Source: Octopus vulgaris (lineage: Eukaryota). From it: a stretch of 64,000 bases of DNA. Position 1 is the first letter of the stretch, and each line of letters opens with the position of its first letter. The stretch covers positions 53,816,001 through 53,880,000 of the forward strand of contig OX597832.1 of NCBI GenBank assembly GCA_951406725.2. Reading direction: 5' to 3'. Shown here piece by piece: positions 1 through 13,932 of the stretch. The notes under the pieces were generated by a model. That model searched no databases. It was not told the origin of the DNA and saw only the letters and a list, made by a program, of their open reading frames with translations. The position numbers and the translations under genes are program-made.

Positions 1-799
1 GAGCAAGAATGAGATCACCACGGCATCGTCGTGTTTCTAGAGAATAAAGGTCGAGCGTCTTCAGCCTATTAAAAAGCATAAAAAAATTATTAAAAAGCAG
101 CAAAGCTGTCACAGAACCTGTTACTCACAGTTTCGTGTTCCCATTTGTCGGACAGTTTTCTTTAGAATGGAGCAAGATAAGGTTATATGCAGAATTCTGC
201 ATATAACTTTATCTTGCATTTAATTATGTTATATCAAGTTAATGAGCAATTTCCTTATTTTAACATTTTAATATTATATACACCAGACAGAAGTTTTTGA
301 AATTGTTTGCGTACTTACGTTATGGTATATGATATATATTTATCTTAATGTGAAGATATGTTTCTATATTTTATGTGTATCTATGTTTTGCTGGTATGTG
401 TATGTATGTCAGGTCACTTATGAGGCTCTCATTAGTGCTACTGGTGACATGGAATCCAGTACATGTTGCATGGTCAGGTTGCCAGTGACTAAACTGGTAC
501 CCCCACCAGGCTATCCTGGTGAGGAGGGTTGCTAGAAACACAGCAGGATCAAAAACAAGACCTGTTGAAAGGCCAGATGAACATACATATATTTCCTCTT
601 TCCAGGAAATTTCCTATTCACAAGAAATTCAAACAATAGATAAAAGACCCAAGTTAAAAAGATTCTCAACTTCTCTGCTAGACATTAAGACACCCACCCC
701 CAATAGGGGCCATAACTCCCACATTTAAGAGCTCCATGACCTCCATTTTTCAGGAGCAAAATCTTTTTAACAGGTTCTATAAGACTAGAATTTTGGAAT

Positions 800-3700
800 C
801 TGCACATAGAATGTACCCCCCAGCATAGGCTAGTCATTAGTGACTTTAGGCTCGAGGCCAGAAGGATACCAAGAAGCAGACCAATCCAGAAAAGAATGAT
901 TTGGAAGCTAAAGAACCCTTCACATGGTCAGAGATTTAGGGACATCCTCATCAAGAAATTTGATGAGAGGGAGGAGGAGCTACAGACATAGACATAGAAA
1001 GTAGCTGAAAATTCCTATGGGACAGCTTGGTGGGTGCCACAGACCAAGTCTGCGGATGGTGCAAAGTCCCTTCCAGATCTAGAGTTATGTGGTGGTGGAA
1101 TTGTACGGTAGACAAAGCCATTAGAGCAAAGAAACAGGCCTAGGAAGCCTGGAGGGATGGGGGTAGCAGGGAACTGTACCAGGTAGCCAAAAGGGAGGCT
1201 GGGTGGCAGGTATACATAGCCAAGGACGAAGCAGAAAAGAAGTTTGCCAATGTCCAGCAACGTGAGGACCAAAGAACTGTGGTATTTCGGATTGCTAGAC
1301 AGTGTGTGAGAGAAAATTGTGATGTCACAGGAAAGAAATGTGTCTGCATGGATGATGCTGCACTTACTTTTAATGTTTCTGAAAAGAAAGAGGCTTGGAG
1401 AAGCCATTATGAAAGACTGATGAATGTGGAGAATGAATGGGAGGAGGAGAGCCTACCAAATATTGACCCAGTAGAAGGACCAGCTATCCCTTTATCTACT
1501 AGGGACAGCTCCCTAGTAGATAAAGCAATTAAGAGTATGAAGCCTGGGAAAGCCTCCGGCCCATCAGGAATCACTGCTGATATGCTTAAAACATTTGGTA
1601 GTGTGAGCTATGGCCTAGTCACCCTCATTGTAAACCAGGTAGTACATAATGAAGCCATACCCAATGACTGGCGTAGCAGCACCATAGTCAACTGCAACAA
1701 GGGTAAAGGTGATGCTCTAGATAGAAATAGCTACAGGAGTATCAAACTGCTGGATCGGCTAATGAAGGTCACAGAGAGGGTCATAGCCCATCTCATTAGG
1801 GAGGGAGTCTGCTTAGATGAGATGCAGTTCGGTTTTGTTCCTGGTAGAAGCACCACTGATGCCATATTCCTGGTTTGACAACTGCAGGAGAAATACCTAG
1901 CCAAAGATAAACCCCTCTACTTAGCCTTCGTGGACTTGGAGAAAGCCTTTGACGGGGTCTCCTGATCCCTTATCTGGTGGGCAATGTGGAAACTGGAGAT
2001 TGACAAATGGTTAATAAGGGCTGTACAGGCCCTATACAGAGAGGCCGTTAGTAAGGTTAGGATTGGCAACGAGTATAGTGAAGAATTCCGGGTAGAAGTA
2101 GGGGTCCACCAAGGTTCAGCCCTCAGTCTCATTTTATTCATCATAGTCCTCCAGGCAATAACAGAGGAATACAAGATGGGTTGCCCTTGGGAACTCCTCT
2201 ATGCTGATGACCTGGCCCTCATAGCAGAATCACTACTAGAACTAGAAAAGAAGTTTTAGGTGTGGAAGCTAGGTTTAGAATCAAAAGGCCTTAGAGTCAA
2301 TGTAGCAAAGACCAAAGTTATAGTAAGTAGGAAGGTGAACTCATCACACACCCCCTCAGGTAGGTGGCCCTGCTCGATCTGTAGAAAAGGTGTAGGTTGA
2401 AACTCCATAAGATGTACCCAGTGTAAGCTATGGACGCATAAGAGGTGCAGCAACATCAAAGGAAAATTAACCAAGAAGATAGCTTTCGTGTGCGGCAGAT
2501 GTACAGGGGCAATTGACACTACAGATACTCAGAAAACAGATTCCATCACACTCCAGGGGGAGAATCTAGAAGTAGTTGATAGTTTCCGCTACCTAGGTGA
2601 TCAAGTTAGTAGTGGAGGTGGATGCTCAGAGAGTGTCACCTCTAGAATAAGAATAGCCCTGGTAAAGTTTAGAAAGCTTCTACCCCTATTGGTGACAAAG
2701 GGTCTCTCGCTCAGAGTGAAAGGTAGATTGTACGACACGTGTGTGAACTGCCATGCTTCACAGTAGTGAAACATGGGCTGTGACTGCAGAGGACATGTGT
2801 AGGCTTGAAAGAAATGAAGACAGCATGATCCGCTGGATGTGTAATGTCAGTGTGCACACACGACAGAGTGTAAGCGCCCTGAGAGAAATGCTGGACATAA
2901 GAAGCATTGGATATGGCATGCAAGAGAGACGTTTGCGCTGGTATGGTCATGTACTACGGATGGATAAGGAGAGATGTGTGAAGAAGTGCCACTCCCAAAC
3001 AGTTGAAGGAATCTGGGGTAGAGGTAGACCCAGGAAGACATGGGATGAGGTGGTCAAGCATGACCTTCGAATGTTGGGCCTCACAGGGGTAATGACGAAA
3101 GACTGAGATCTCTGGAGATATGCTGTTACTGCAAAGACCCGACAAATAACGTTAGTTCATGGCTGTTTCTTGCACTAGCTTCACATAGCAGCCCCAGCCC
3201 ATCAAAAGTACCTTGGATCGCAGGACGGCCTGCTGTGCTTACCTTGGGTCGTAGGGCGACCTGCTGTGCTTGAGGAGACCTATTGACTCAAGTACATCAA
3301 CATCAAAATAAAAATCAAATGGAAATTGTTGTTGTGTTACTTGTGCCGGTGACACGTAAAAAGCACCAACCGATCGTTGCCGTTGCCAGTCTCCCCTGCC
3401 ACCTGTGCTGGTGGCATGTAATAAGCACCCACTACACTCACGAAGTGGTTGATGTTACGAAGGACGTTAGGAGGTGGCGAACTGGCAGAAACGTTAGCCC
3501 GCCAGGCGAAATGCTTAGCGGTATTTCGTCTGCCGCTACGTTCTGAGTTCAAATTCCGCCGATGTCGACTTTGCCTTTCATCCTTTCGGGGTCGATTAAA
3601 TAAGTACCAGTTACGCACTGGGGTCGATATAATCGACTTAATCCGTTTGTCTGTCCTTGTTTGTCCTCTCTGTGTTTAGCCCCTTGTGGGTAGTAAAGAA

Positions 3701-3880
3701 ATAGGTTGACGTCAGGAAGGGCACCCAGCTGTAGAAACACTGCCAGGTCAGACTGGAGCCTGGTGCAGCCTCCTGGCTTCCCAGACCCCGGTCGAACCAT
3801 CCAACCCATGCTAGCATGGAAAACGGACGTTAAACGATGATGATGATGATGATGATGATGACGACGACGACGATGATGAA
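800..3880 (+). mobile_element. Decayed, 5'-truncated RTE-type non-LTR retrotransposon (end of APE endonuclease, RT with internal PHD finger, 3' UTR and (GAT)n tail)
   Basis: Consecutive ORF pieces 1279-1878, 1984-2259, 2488-2766 and 2753-3106 carry RT motifs (GKASGPSG, QFGFVPGRSTTDAIF, FVDLEKAFD, GVHQGSALS, LYADD, FRYLG) and an RTE-type C-terminus (RRLRWYGHV..GRGRPRKTW). They are broken by stops and frameshifts. The tail ends in (GAT)n at ~3836-3878. Confidence 0.9.
3472..3703 (+). mobile_element. tRNA-derived SINE (family A) nested in the RTE 3' UTR
   Basis: Head ggcgaactggcagaaacgttagc...gagttcaaattcc (box A/B-like) and core gcctttcatcctttcggggtcga, both seen in many other copies in the window. 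Confidence 0.75.
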
Positions 3881-4229
3881 CACGCACTTGAACAGCCAGC
3901 GTCAGCCGCTATAAGTGCAAGCTAAATTTATTTAGATCTATTCCAAATTTCAATAAGTAAAACTTCTAGACGTGAATAAAAAGCACCTTTATAATCCAGG
4001 CAACTTTCAAAGACAAACACTGAGCCATTTTGGCTTCACAAAATCATTGCTCAGTTTCGAATAATCAGGGTGAGAACTAAGTTCGTGTTTAATAGATATT
4101 ATAGGCAATCCTCGAAGTCTGGTACACGTTCGTGGAATAATGGAACATTTTTGCAGGTACAATGTATTACCATTTTATTTCTTGAAATTTTCAGTCAACA
4201 TAAATAGTTTAATTCTTGATCAACATCTC

Positions 4230-4483
4230 AACCAAAGTAAGCAGATGACTCATCTACGTACTTTGATCTTAACATGGGGCCCCTCAACCGCAGAAGCCCA
4301 CTGTGACCACAGGGTTTGCAGTAGCTTAGCGACGGCCCTGCCTGGAGGTCCTTCAGAACCAAAGTAAGCAGATGACTCATCTACGTACTTTGATCTTAAC
4401 ATGGGGTCCCTCAACCGCAGAAGCCCACTGTGACCACAGGGTTTGCAGTAGCTTAGCGACGGCCCTGCCTGGAGGTCCTTCAG
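4230..4483. repeat. Tandem duplication, 2 x 127 bp
   Basis: 4230-4356 and 4357-4483 differ at one visible base (ggggcccc vs ggggtccc). Confidence 0.9.
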
Positions 4484-4714
4484 AATATTCTGGATGGGCA
4501 CTAATTTGTATTGCGGAAAGATTTTTGTAAACTTTATTTTCTAAATCTGAGAGTACACCATGGAATAGTGAAGGGACAGTGCCGTCCTGTGCATCCAACT
4601 TGCCGATGGGCATGCTCTGACTATTCCCATTATTTTAGGGCTACGTAGGACTGACTAAATTTTCAAATGTCTTCTTTCCCAAGTCAGTAGGATGCGATTT
4701 GAGGGAGATTGAAC

Positions 4715-5231
4715 GGTTAATATCTAGATCCGCACCCGGTGGGAAAAATGAGATCCGCACCCGGTGGGAAAAATGGAAACGAAAATGTGTAACAGTTGTA
4801 AGGCATCGTATATTGACGGAATAAGACGGGAAAAAAGCGCGCTGACAAACGGGGGGGGGGGGGGGCTCGGGAAATTCCCAGGATCAACCGTAGAGGCAAA
4901 AATGGAAAAAAATATGTGTAACAGGTGTTTAAACGCATTTCACACACATAGCCCAATGTCATAATTCAAAACTAACGCAGCGAAAATTTTGAAAAGTTCC
5001 CCCAGTTCTGAAAAAAATCGATAAATTCGACATGGGGTCGCGAATCAGAAACACAATGGTGAAAATTGATGGTAAATTTTTCTTTAAATCGTAGGCAATT
5101 TTCCGAGCCCCCTCCCCCCCCGTTTGTCAGCGCGCTTTTTTTCGTCATATTCCTTCAATATACGATGCCTTACAACTGTTACACATTTTCGTTTCCATTT
5201 TTCCCACCGGGTGCGGATCTAGATATTAACC
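4715..5231. mobile_element. Non-autonomous DNA transposon (Merlin-type MITE) with long TIRs
   Basis: TIRs start ggttaatatctagatccgcacccggtggg and match for about 140 bp. The 8-bp TSD gattgaac is at 4707-4714 and 5232-5239. Termini are GG...CC. Confidence 0.88.
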
Positions 5232-5358
5232 GATTGAACTGCTATTCTCTCTAGCAGACCGAACGGTCACAAGCGAGGCTTTCATCGTTGAGAGGCGTTC
5301 ACGAATTGGTAAGTTCTGTGTTGATTGATGATGGATTAGCTTCGAAGCACTATCAAGC

Positions 5359-5600
5359 CTTCGTTTATTTACGTCAACCTTCGTTTATTTACGTCAGGTT
5401 TATACCTTCGTTAATTTACGTCGTTTATTTACGTATCACGCTGTTAGGTTTATAAAACAAATGAAGTTCAGTTTAAAGTTTATAAATAAATATATTTGGC
5501 AGTTTAAAGTTTATAAATAAATATATTTAGCTGTCAGAAGTGAAAGTCGTCAACTTCGTGTATTTACGTCAGGTTTATATCTTCGTTAACTTACGCCTTA
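5359..5600. repeat. Array of cttcgtttatttacgtca motifs, probably decayed subterminal repeats of the Merlin element
   Basis: About six copies of the motif. The reverse complement of 5528-5548 (actttcacttctgacagcta) resembles 6941-6959 (actttccttctgacagtta) on the other side of the ORF. Confidence 0.6.
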
Positions 5601-5846
5601 TCGGCACTGTCATGCTGTTTAAACTTTATAAATAAATATATTCTTGCAGTGTTGTGTTCAGTTTCAACTTTATAAATTTAATATATTTTCGCATTATTCA
5701 TTATTGTTTTTAAAAAACAAATCACATACTCCAATCAGCAGCAGCACAACCACCACCACCACTACGGCGCGTAATTCAAAACAGTTCACTTTGAAATCAA
5801 CACGCGAAAAAATTAGTTGAAGGTTTTTCACTTTAGGATTTTTAGG

Positions 5847-6716
5847 ATGACTTCTACATACCCTAGTGTCAATGGAATTAATCATCGCGATCTTGTCATC
5901 GCCACCGCTACAACAGTAGATAGTATTAACTGGCTTAAGCGACATGGACTTTTAAATACCGAAAAAACATGCACCTCGTGTGGAGCGAGCATGATGGAAG
6001 TAGCCAAAAAGAATGTGTCGGATGGCGTGATATGGTCGTGTAAAAGGCCTTGTAGGAAAACGGTTTCGATTAGGAAAGGGACATTCCTAGAAAATAGCAA
6101 GTTGAAGTGTGAGCAGATTGTAGATATATTGTACTTTTGGGCAAAAGGCGATTCAGCAAAGGGAATATCCCATGAATGTCGTATAGCGAATGTGGCCGTA
6201 ACGGATTGGAGAAATTTCATCCGTGATACACTTGCAGAATATTATGTCGCGCAAAACATTAAGCTCGGAGGGCCAAACCGAATAGTGGAGATAGCTGAAA
6301 GTGCATTTATTAGAAGGAAACATAATGTTGGCCATCAGTGGGTGTTTGGTGCTTTGGAAAGGGGCACAAGGAGATGCTTTTTGGTGGCAGTGGAAGATCA
6401 GACTGCGGACAGTCTTTTAGGAATCATACAAGAGCGTATATTGCCTGGTACGACTGTAATTTCTGACCTCTGGCGCTCATATGATACGCGCAATCAACCA
6501 GGATATAGACATTTGTCTGTTGATCGTTCCATAAATTTTGTTGATACGGTAACGTTATGGAAGCACGGAAGCAATCGCAACGAAGGAGAAGATAGAACAG
6601 CCCGAAGTTTACTTCCATCATCACGTCTCATTGAATACATGTGGCGTTATGAATTTAAGGGGGAAATATTCGGAAAGCTGTTGGAACAGATCCGACACCT
6701 GTATCCATGCGTTTGA
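5847..6716 (+). CDS. Merlin/IS1595 (ISXO2-like) transposase-derived protein, apparently catalytically inactive
   Basis: Open 289-aa frame from ATG 5847. It has a Zn ribbon (CTSCGASM..WSCKRPC), SIRKGTFLENSKL, DWRNFIRD, GGPNRIVEIAES (canonical VEIDES), WVFGALER, ILPGTTVISDLWRSY, NFVD and EYMWR. The HTxxIE motif is absent. Confidence 0.85.
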   Translation: MTSTYPSVNGINHRDLVIATATTVDSINWLKRHGLLNTEKTCTSCGASMMEVAKKNVSDGVIWSCKRPCRKTVSIRKGTFLENSKLKCEQIVDILYFWAKGDSAKGISHECRIANVAVTDWRNFIRDTLAEYYVAQNIKLGGPNRIVEIAESAFIRRKHNVGHQWVFGALERGTRRCFLVAVEDQTADSLLGIIQERILPGTTVISDLWRSYDTRNQPGYRHLSVDRSINFVDTVTLWKHGSNRNEGEDRTARSLLPSSRLIEYMWRYEFKGEIFGKLLEQIRHLYPCV

Positions 6717-7043
6717 GCATAAGTATCGCATTTATTTATTTTTAAACGTAACTTCAAACTTCGTTTCTTTTCTATTTTCTTAAAGTCTCTCTGTTGAAAA
6801 TTATATTTCTGTGTTTTAAATAATTTGCAATTTCAGAAAATATATTTTTAAATTAAATTTGCGTTTCGTAATTTGATAAATTCTACGGAAACAAACGAAG
6901 GTGGACGAGTGACGTCATATTGACGTCACACTTTAATTTTACTTTCCTTCTGACAGTTAATTCCGTGGTAGTGCCGTTTAATTTGAAGGCTATATGATTT
7001 TTTTCTTTTGTATCCCAATGTTTTGTATGGATAATTCATTTTT

Positions 7044-7458
7044 GGCAATATTTCGTCTCTAGTAGACCTTTCCGTCGATTTCCGTAAAAAAAATTTTTTT
7101 TTTACATATGGGCTTGCGGGAACTTTTGAAGTAATGAGAGCGAAAGAGACTAAGAGAAAGCGATTGTATGACGAGGGAAGTTCTTTTGAAGTTACCGCCC
7201 AGGAGAAGCATTGGTGTACATGTGTGTGTTTGATGGAGTGTGGGAGACAGACAGTATGTTGTGTAAGTGAAGTGCTTCTGTTAGTGTGTGTGAAGAGACA
7301 GAGTAATGTGTGAAAGAAAGAGATAACTGAAATTTTTTACTCAGTGTATGTGTATATGTATGTATATTACTTCAAAAGTTCCCGCAAGCCCATATGTAAA
7401 AACAAAAAAATTTTTTACGGAAATCGATGGAAAGGTCTACTAGAGACGAAAGATCGCC
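7044..7458. mobile_element. MITE with ~90-bp TIRs (Merlin/hAT-like)
   Basis: ggcaatatttcgtctctagtagacctttcc...ttttgaagtaat is inverted as attacttcaaaag...ctagagacgaaagatcgcc. It is flanked by the direct repeat cattttt. Confidence 0.8.
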
Positions 7459-7484
7459 CATTTTTTAATAGATTCTGAAATTTT

Positions 7485-7736
7485 GGTACTCTTTAAGAAG
7501 AGTGGTCCCGGTGCGCGCACTTGCGTACATGTGCATCCGCGCTAGCTAGTCGTGACTAGTCGATCCTTTCTTTGTGTTTTTGTTTTAATAATTTTGTTTA
7601 AAAAATTATTTAATTTGTGTAAAAAAATATTTATTTTGTGTTTTATTTACTTTGCTAGGTAGTCATTTTAGGATCGACTAGTCACGACTAGCTAGCGCGA
7701 GTGCGCGCACCGGGACCACTCTTCTTTAATAGTACC
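7485..7736. mobile_element. MITE (Merlin-type)
   Basis: TIR ggtact..aagaagagtggtcccggtgcgcgcact...gactagtcgatcct. Flanks are tgaaatttt / cgaaatttt (8-9-bp TSD). Confidence 0.82.
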
Positions 7737-8049
7737 CGAAATTTTATCTTCATTCATAAGTGCTTCTCAAACGAAATATACACCGCCGGAAGTTGTTGTT
7801 GACAAACAACAGCAGTAATTTTATTCAGCTGAATAATACAGGTCATTGATTGGTTGAAATTACCGAAATATGACAACTTTAACACGAAATAACTTAGAAA
7901 AAGTTCTAATATTTATTTTCATTAGTCTAAATTATTTTTCATAAAAAAGGAGTTTTTTGCTTAATTTTTTGTAGCATGGCTTTTTAAAGTCCATTTTTGA
8001 ATAAATTATTTTAATAACAAGATTATTTAATAAAATATTTTTATTTTTT

Positions 8050-8480
8050 TGATTTTGTCTCTATGAGCAGTACTGAATCATGTAGTAGGGCAGTGACAAA
8101 AATTCAAATATTTTTAAATTTTCAAACATGGAGTTAATTATTTGCATGCTAAAAATGACTTTATTTATAATTTATTTCTTAATTTTATAGTAAATAGAAT
8201 ATGATTATTTGTGGCTTTGTCTCCATGAGCAGTACTGAAGTCAGTAGTAAGGCTGTTCAGAAAAGGCAAATGCTACTTGTAATTATATTCTATTCAATAT
8301 TAATTTAATTTAATTTATTTAAAATAACCATTTTATTAAATTTGTAACCTCATTTTCTTTTCGTTGTTTTTTAAATTCTCTAAATATATTCATTTGCAAC
8401 TTTTGTCTCTGTACAGTACCAAAATTACAGTACGTAGATTATGTCCAGAAAAGGCAAAGTTGCAATGATTATCATTCATT
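8050..8480. repeat. Degenerate tandem repeat, ~165-185-bp period
   Basis: The motif tttgtctc(t/c)atgagcagtactgaa recurs near 8053, 8216 and, more degenerate, 8402. Confidence 0.5.
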
Positions 8481-9184
8481 CTTAATTTAATTTCTAAATG
8501 AGAATTAGTCAAATGAAAAAATCAAAATGTTGCTTAAATATTCTTGGAAATTTTTGAATTCAAAATGACTGCAAAAAATGGTAATTTTGTATATTTTTAA
8601 TTAAAATTTTACTATTACTGCAATGCCTGTAAAAACTTTGGACTGGCAGCACTCCTGGCCAGGCAAATACTACACTGCTCATTGCTGTCCATTGCTCTTG
8701 CAGAAGCTGTACATGCAACGTTTTGTGATTGTCTAATTTCAAGTCATCACAATGACTCATTTCCTCTCCTTCTTTACAATTTCTCTGCTACTGCCATTTT
8801 TCAAACTACAGAGGATCTCTTCTTTGGAGACCTTATTATGTCAAGAAATATGACATAATAAACTAACATAGCAATTTGTATGTTAATAATGAAATTTCAA
8901 TAAAAAAGGGGTAAATAATATCAATATCTCAGCAAATTTTAAGAAGCTACTTCGTAAAGAGTTACCTTCCTTTTCCACTGTAGTCATATTTACCTAAGGA
9001 AAGGAGGATTTTCTGAACCCAGAGGCCCCATTACTCATTATGTGAAAAATTTGAAGAGTCTAAAACCATCTCTGGAACATAAGTAATGTCTGTTCCCAGT
9101 TTGTAGAAAATCGGTTGTGAACTTCAGAAGTTATGTGGGTTTACACACGTACTGAGTTTTATATATATGTGTGTGTGCAGATAT

Positions 9185-9246
<62 letters not shown>

Positions 9247-10417
9247 TCATCATCATCACCATTTTACACCCATTGTCTTTGCTAGCATGGGTTGGATAAT
9301 TTGACCAGAGCTGGCAAGCTGCATGAGATTCCAGTCTGATTTGGCATGGTTTCTAAGGATGGATGCCGCTCCTAATGGCAACTACTTTAGAGCGTGCTGG
9401 GCGCTTTTACATGACACCGTCGGTGTTTTACGACATCAGAAGGACCAGTCTTAACACTTCTGCTGTGGAGTGCAACAAGGTGCCAGGCATCTTTGTCCTT
9501 TGTCATCTTGCCTGAAAGGTTCAGTGTTCTGAGGTCATTCTTCAGTACTTCATCCATCCATTTATATATATAAATCATTTTGGTGTCATTTGAAGGCTAA
9601 AATAATGCAAAGCGCATTGTGACCAGCGATGTGTAGCAACATCTGATAGTCCGGTCGGTCACGGTGATTACAGTGATATATGCACACACACACACACACA
9701 CAGGTTCTCAAATTTGAATAAAACTGTAATTCAGACACTCCCAATTCAACTGTCTCCCCACCCTCTCTTCACCCTTATTTTTTCCACTCCACTCCATATA
9801 CTCACCCCAGAATGTTGGTGACACTATCAGTTTTCCCTGAACATTTTTTTTTCCATTTTGTTTGTTTTTTCTTGTAGTAATAAGCTTCAAACTGTTCAAG
9901 AGAAACTGTTAAATGGTATCCCTTGCACCAGTCTTGGAATATCTACAAACATTTTGGACACATTCTTTATTTTAAACCAAAAGAATAAAAAAAATAGTGA
10001 ACAGGTCACAGTTTCAAAGTGACGAAAATATTTTGACACAAATTAAATTTAAATGTTGAAATGAATTAAACGGTTTTTGTGTGTTTTTTAAATGGCTTTT
10101 ATTAACAACACCTTCCATGCTGCAATTGTTGTTTCAGCACACAATCTCAGATCAAGTCACTTGCTATGCAAGTACATTTCCGTAATATATATAATAATAT
10201 AGATAATATAAAAATATATGTATATATACATACATATATGTACATACCTACATATGTATATATGCATGCATATATTGTTATAGGACATCAAAAAAAAAAC
10301 GTTGAACACAATGAAAAATGAAAACGTAAAAACAAAAACATAGAAACAAACTTTTTTCAAACAACGAAAAAAACAAAGAAACGAGACATACCGCATAAAG
10401 AATATTCTCCCTATATA

Positions 10418-10772
10418 TCTTCTTTATATATAAAAGTAAGGTTGTGTGTGTCTCCTACGATTTAGATTCCTAACTACTCCCACATTTTGCGGTGCAGTTT
10501 AACCAAAACCGGGTATCTTATAGTCGTGATTCATATCGAGTCCTTCTGGGTATTAGCGCGCGTCTTCGATTTAAAAAAAAATTTACCATCATTTTTTTCC
10601 ATTTTAATGCATTTTTTAGCTATTATATAAGGGAAGTAACTCTCTAAAAATGTCTACGATGAGTCAACGATTTAAAAAAAAAATTACCGTCATTTTTTGG
10701 CTATAACTCTCTAAAAATGCTTCTATAGTTATTTCCCTTACAAACCCGAGCAACGCCGGGCGATACTGCTAG
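10418..10772 (+). mobile_element. Non-autonomous Helitron
   Basis: A|TC 5' end, 3' GC-rich hairpin cccgagcaacgccggg followed by CTAG|T, no TSD. Confidence 0.8.
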
Positions 10773-10864
10773 TGTATGTATATATGCATATATCTATATA
10801 TTATTTATATTATTATATGATCGAATGCCACGCATCCTTTTCCAAGTAAGTTTTATCTACATAT

Positions 10865-11200
10865 ATATGATGACGGCTGTCCACTCGTGATCGAGGAAGA
10901 CCATTGCTGATCTTCAGGAACATTGTGTACTCTAGGACTTACTCATATTATGCATTTCCGGCTCTGTTGGTGGCTAATGAGCCCTACTCTCGGCAAGCAT
11001 ACACAACTACTAACATGGCAAATCAAGCTTTCCCCATTCACTATTCTAGCTGTGTGCTTTTGAGCAGTACGCTTAAGTTCTTCATGCAGAACACATGCTC
11101 TCTCAAAGGTGTCAAGCCTCTCCTTAACCTGCTTCCTCCATCTGTAGCAATGACAGGCATTGCTCTCCCAGTGAGTCTCCTGCATATCACAGGCTTTTAA
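10865..11200 (-). mobile_element. 3' fragment of an RTE (BovB-like) LINE
   Basis: Minus-strand translation WESNA..RWRKQVKERLDTFE...ICHVSSCVCLPRVGLISHQ matches the RTE C-terminal Zn-finger region. A short 3' UTR follows. Confidence 0.65.
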
Positions 11201-11624
11201 TGAGGATTTGACACAGTCCTTAAATCAATACAGTTATACATATATAAGACAAAAAGGTACATCCACTGCTATATATATGTATGTGTAAAAAAATACAAAC
11301 TGGGACAAGAACGCAAAACATTTAGAAGACGATACAAAAAACAGCTGAAGAAGGGGAATGTTCTTTGTGTTGTATGTCTTGTACTCTGTTTTTTTGTTGT
11401 TACAAAACGTCCGTTTCCTTGTTTTGTTTTTATGTTTTCGTTTCTTGTGTTCTACATTTTTTGTGGTGTCCTGTACCCATATATGCATGTATATATACAT
11501 ATAGATGTAGGTATGTACATACATATATGTATGTATGTATGCATATGTTTTATTTATTAAATTGTTATATGATTGAACGCCACGTGTCCTCTTCCAAGTA
11601 AGTTTTATATCTATCTATATATGT

Positions 11625-11827
11625 GTGTGTGTGACCTCGTGTGTACCTTTGGTGATTTTTTTCCTCTGTCTTCCCTTCTCTGGATCTTTCCTTCTATGTT
11701 CCCGACGAAGAGCTCCGCTCAAAACGTTAAACCCTCCTTCTTTCCTGAGCGTCCAATAATACTATATTTGTTCCACGTCCTCGCATTGTTGTGTTTTTTT
11801 TTTGTGCTTTCTTGTTTGGATTAACAT
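11625..11827 (+). mobile_element. Short Penelope-like (pLTR-derived) element with a degenerate hammerhead motif
   Basis: Closely matches 33630-33825. Contains ccgacgaagagctccgctcaaaacgtt and is flanked by TA microsatellite. Confidence 0.55.

Positions 11828-13932
<2,105 letters not shown>

Noticed and set aside
3549-3887. Poly-His/Arg ORF
   Set aside because: It is the antisense reading of the (GAT)n retroelement tail plus a SINE.
5817-6716. Bacterial IS1595 element or contamination
   Set aside because: It is embedded in host repeats with splice signals, and its motifs fit the eukaryotic Merlin branch of the family.
8560-8820. Possible coding exon or transposase remnant
   Set aside because: No recognisable motif, stops in the flanking frames, and no convincing splice pair.
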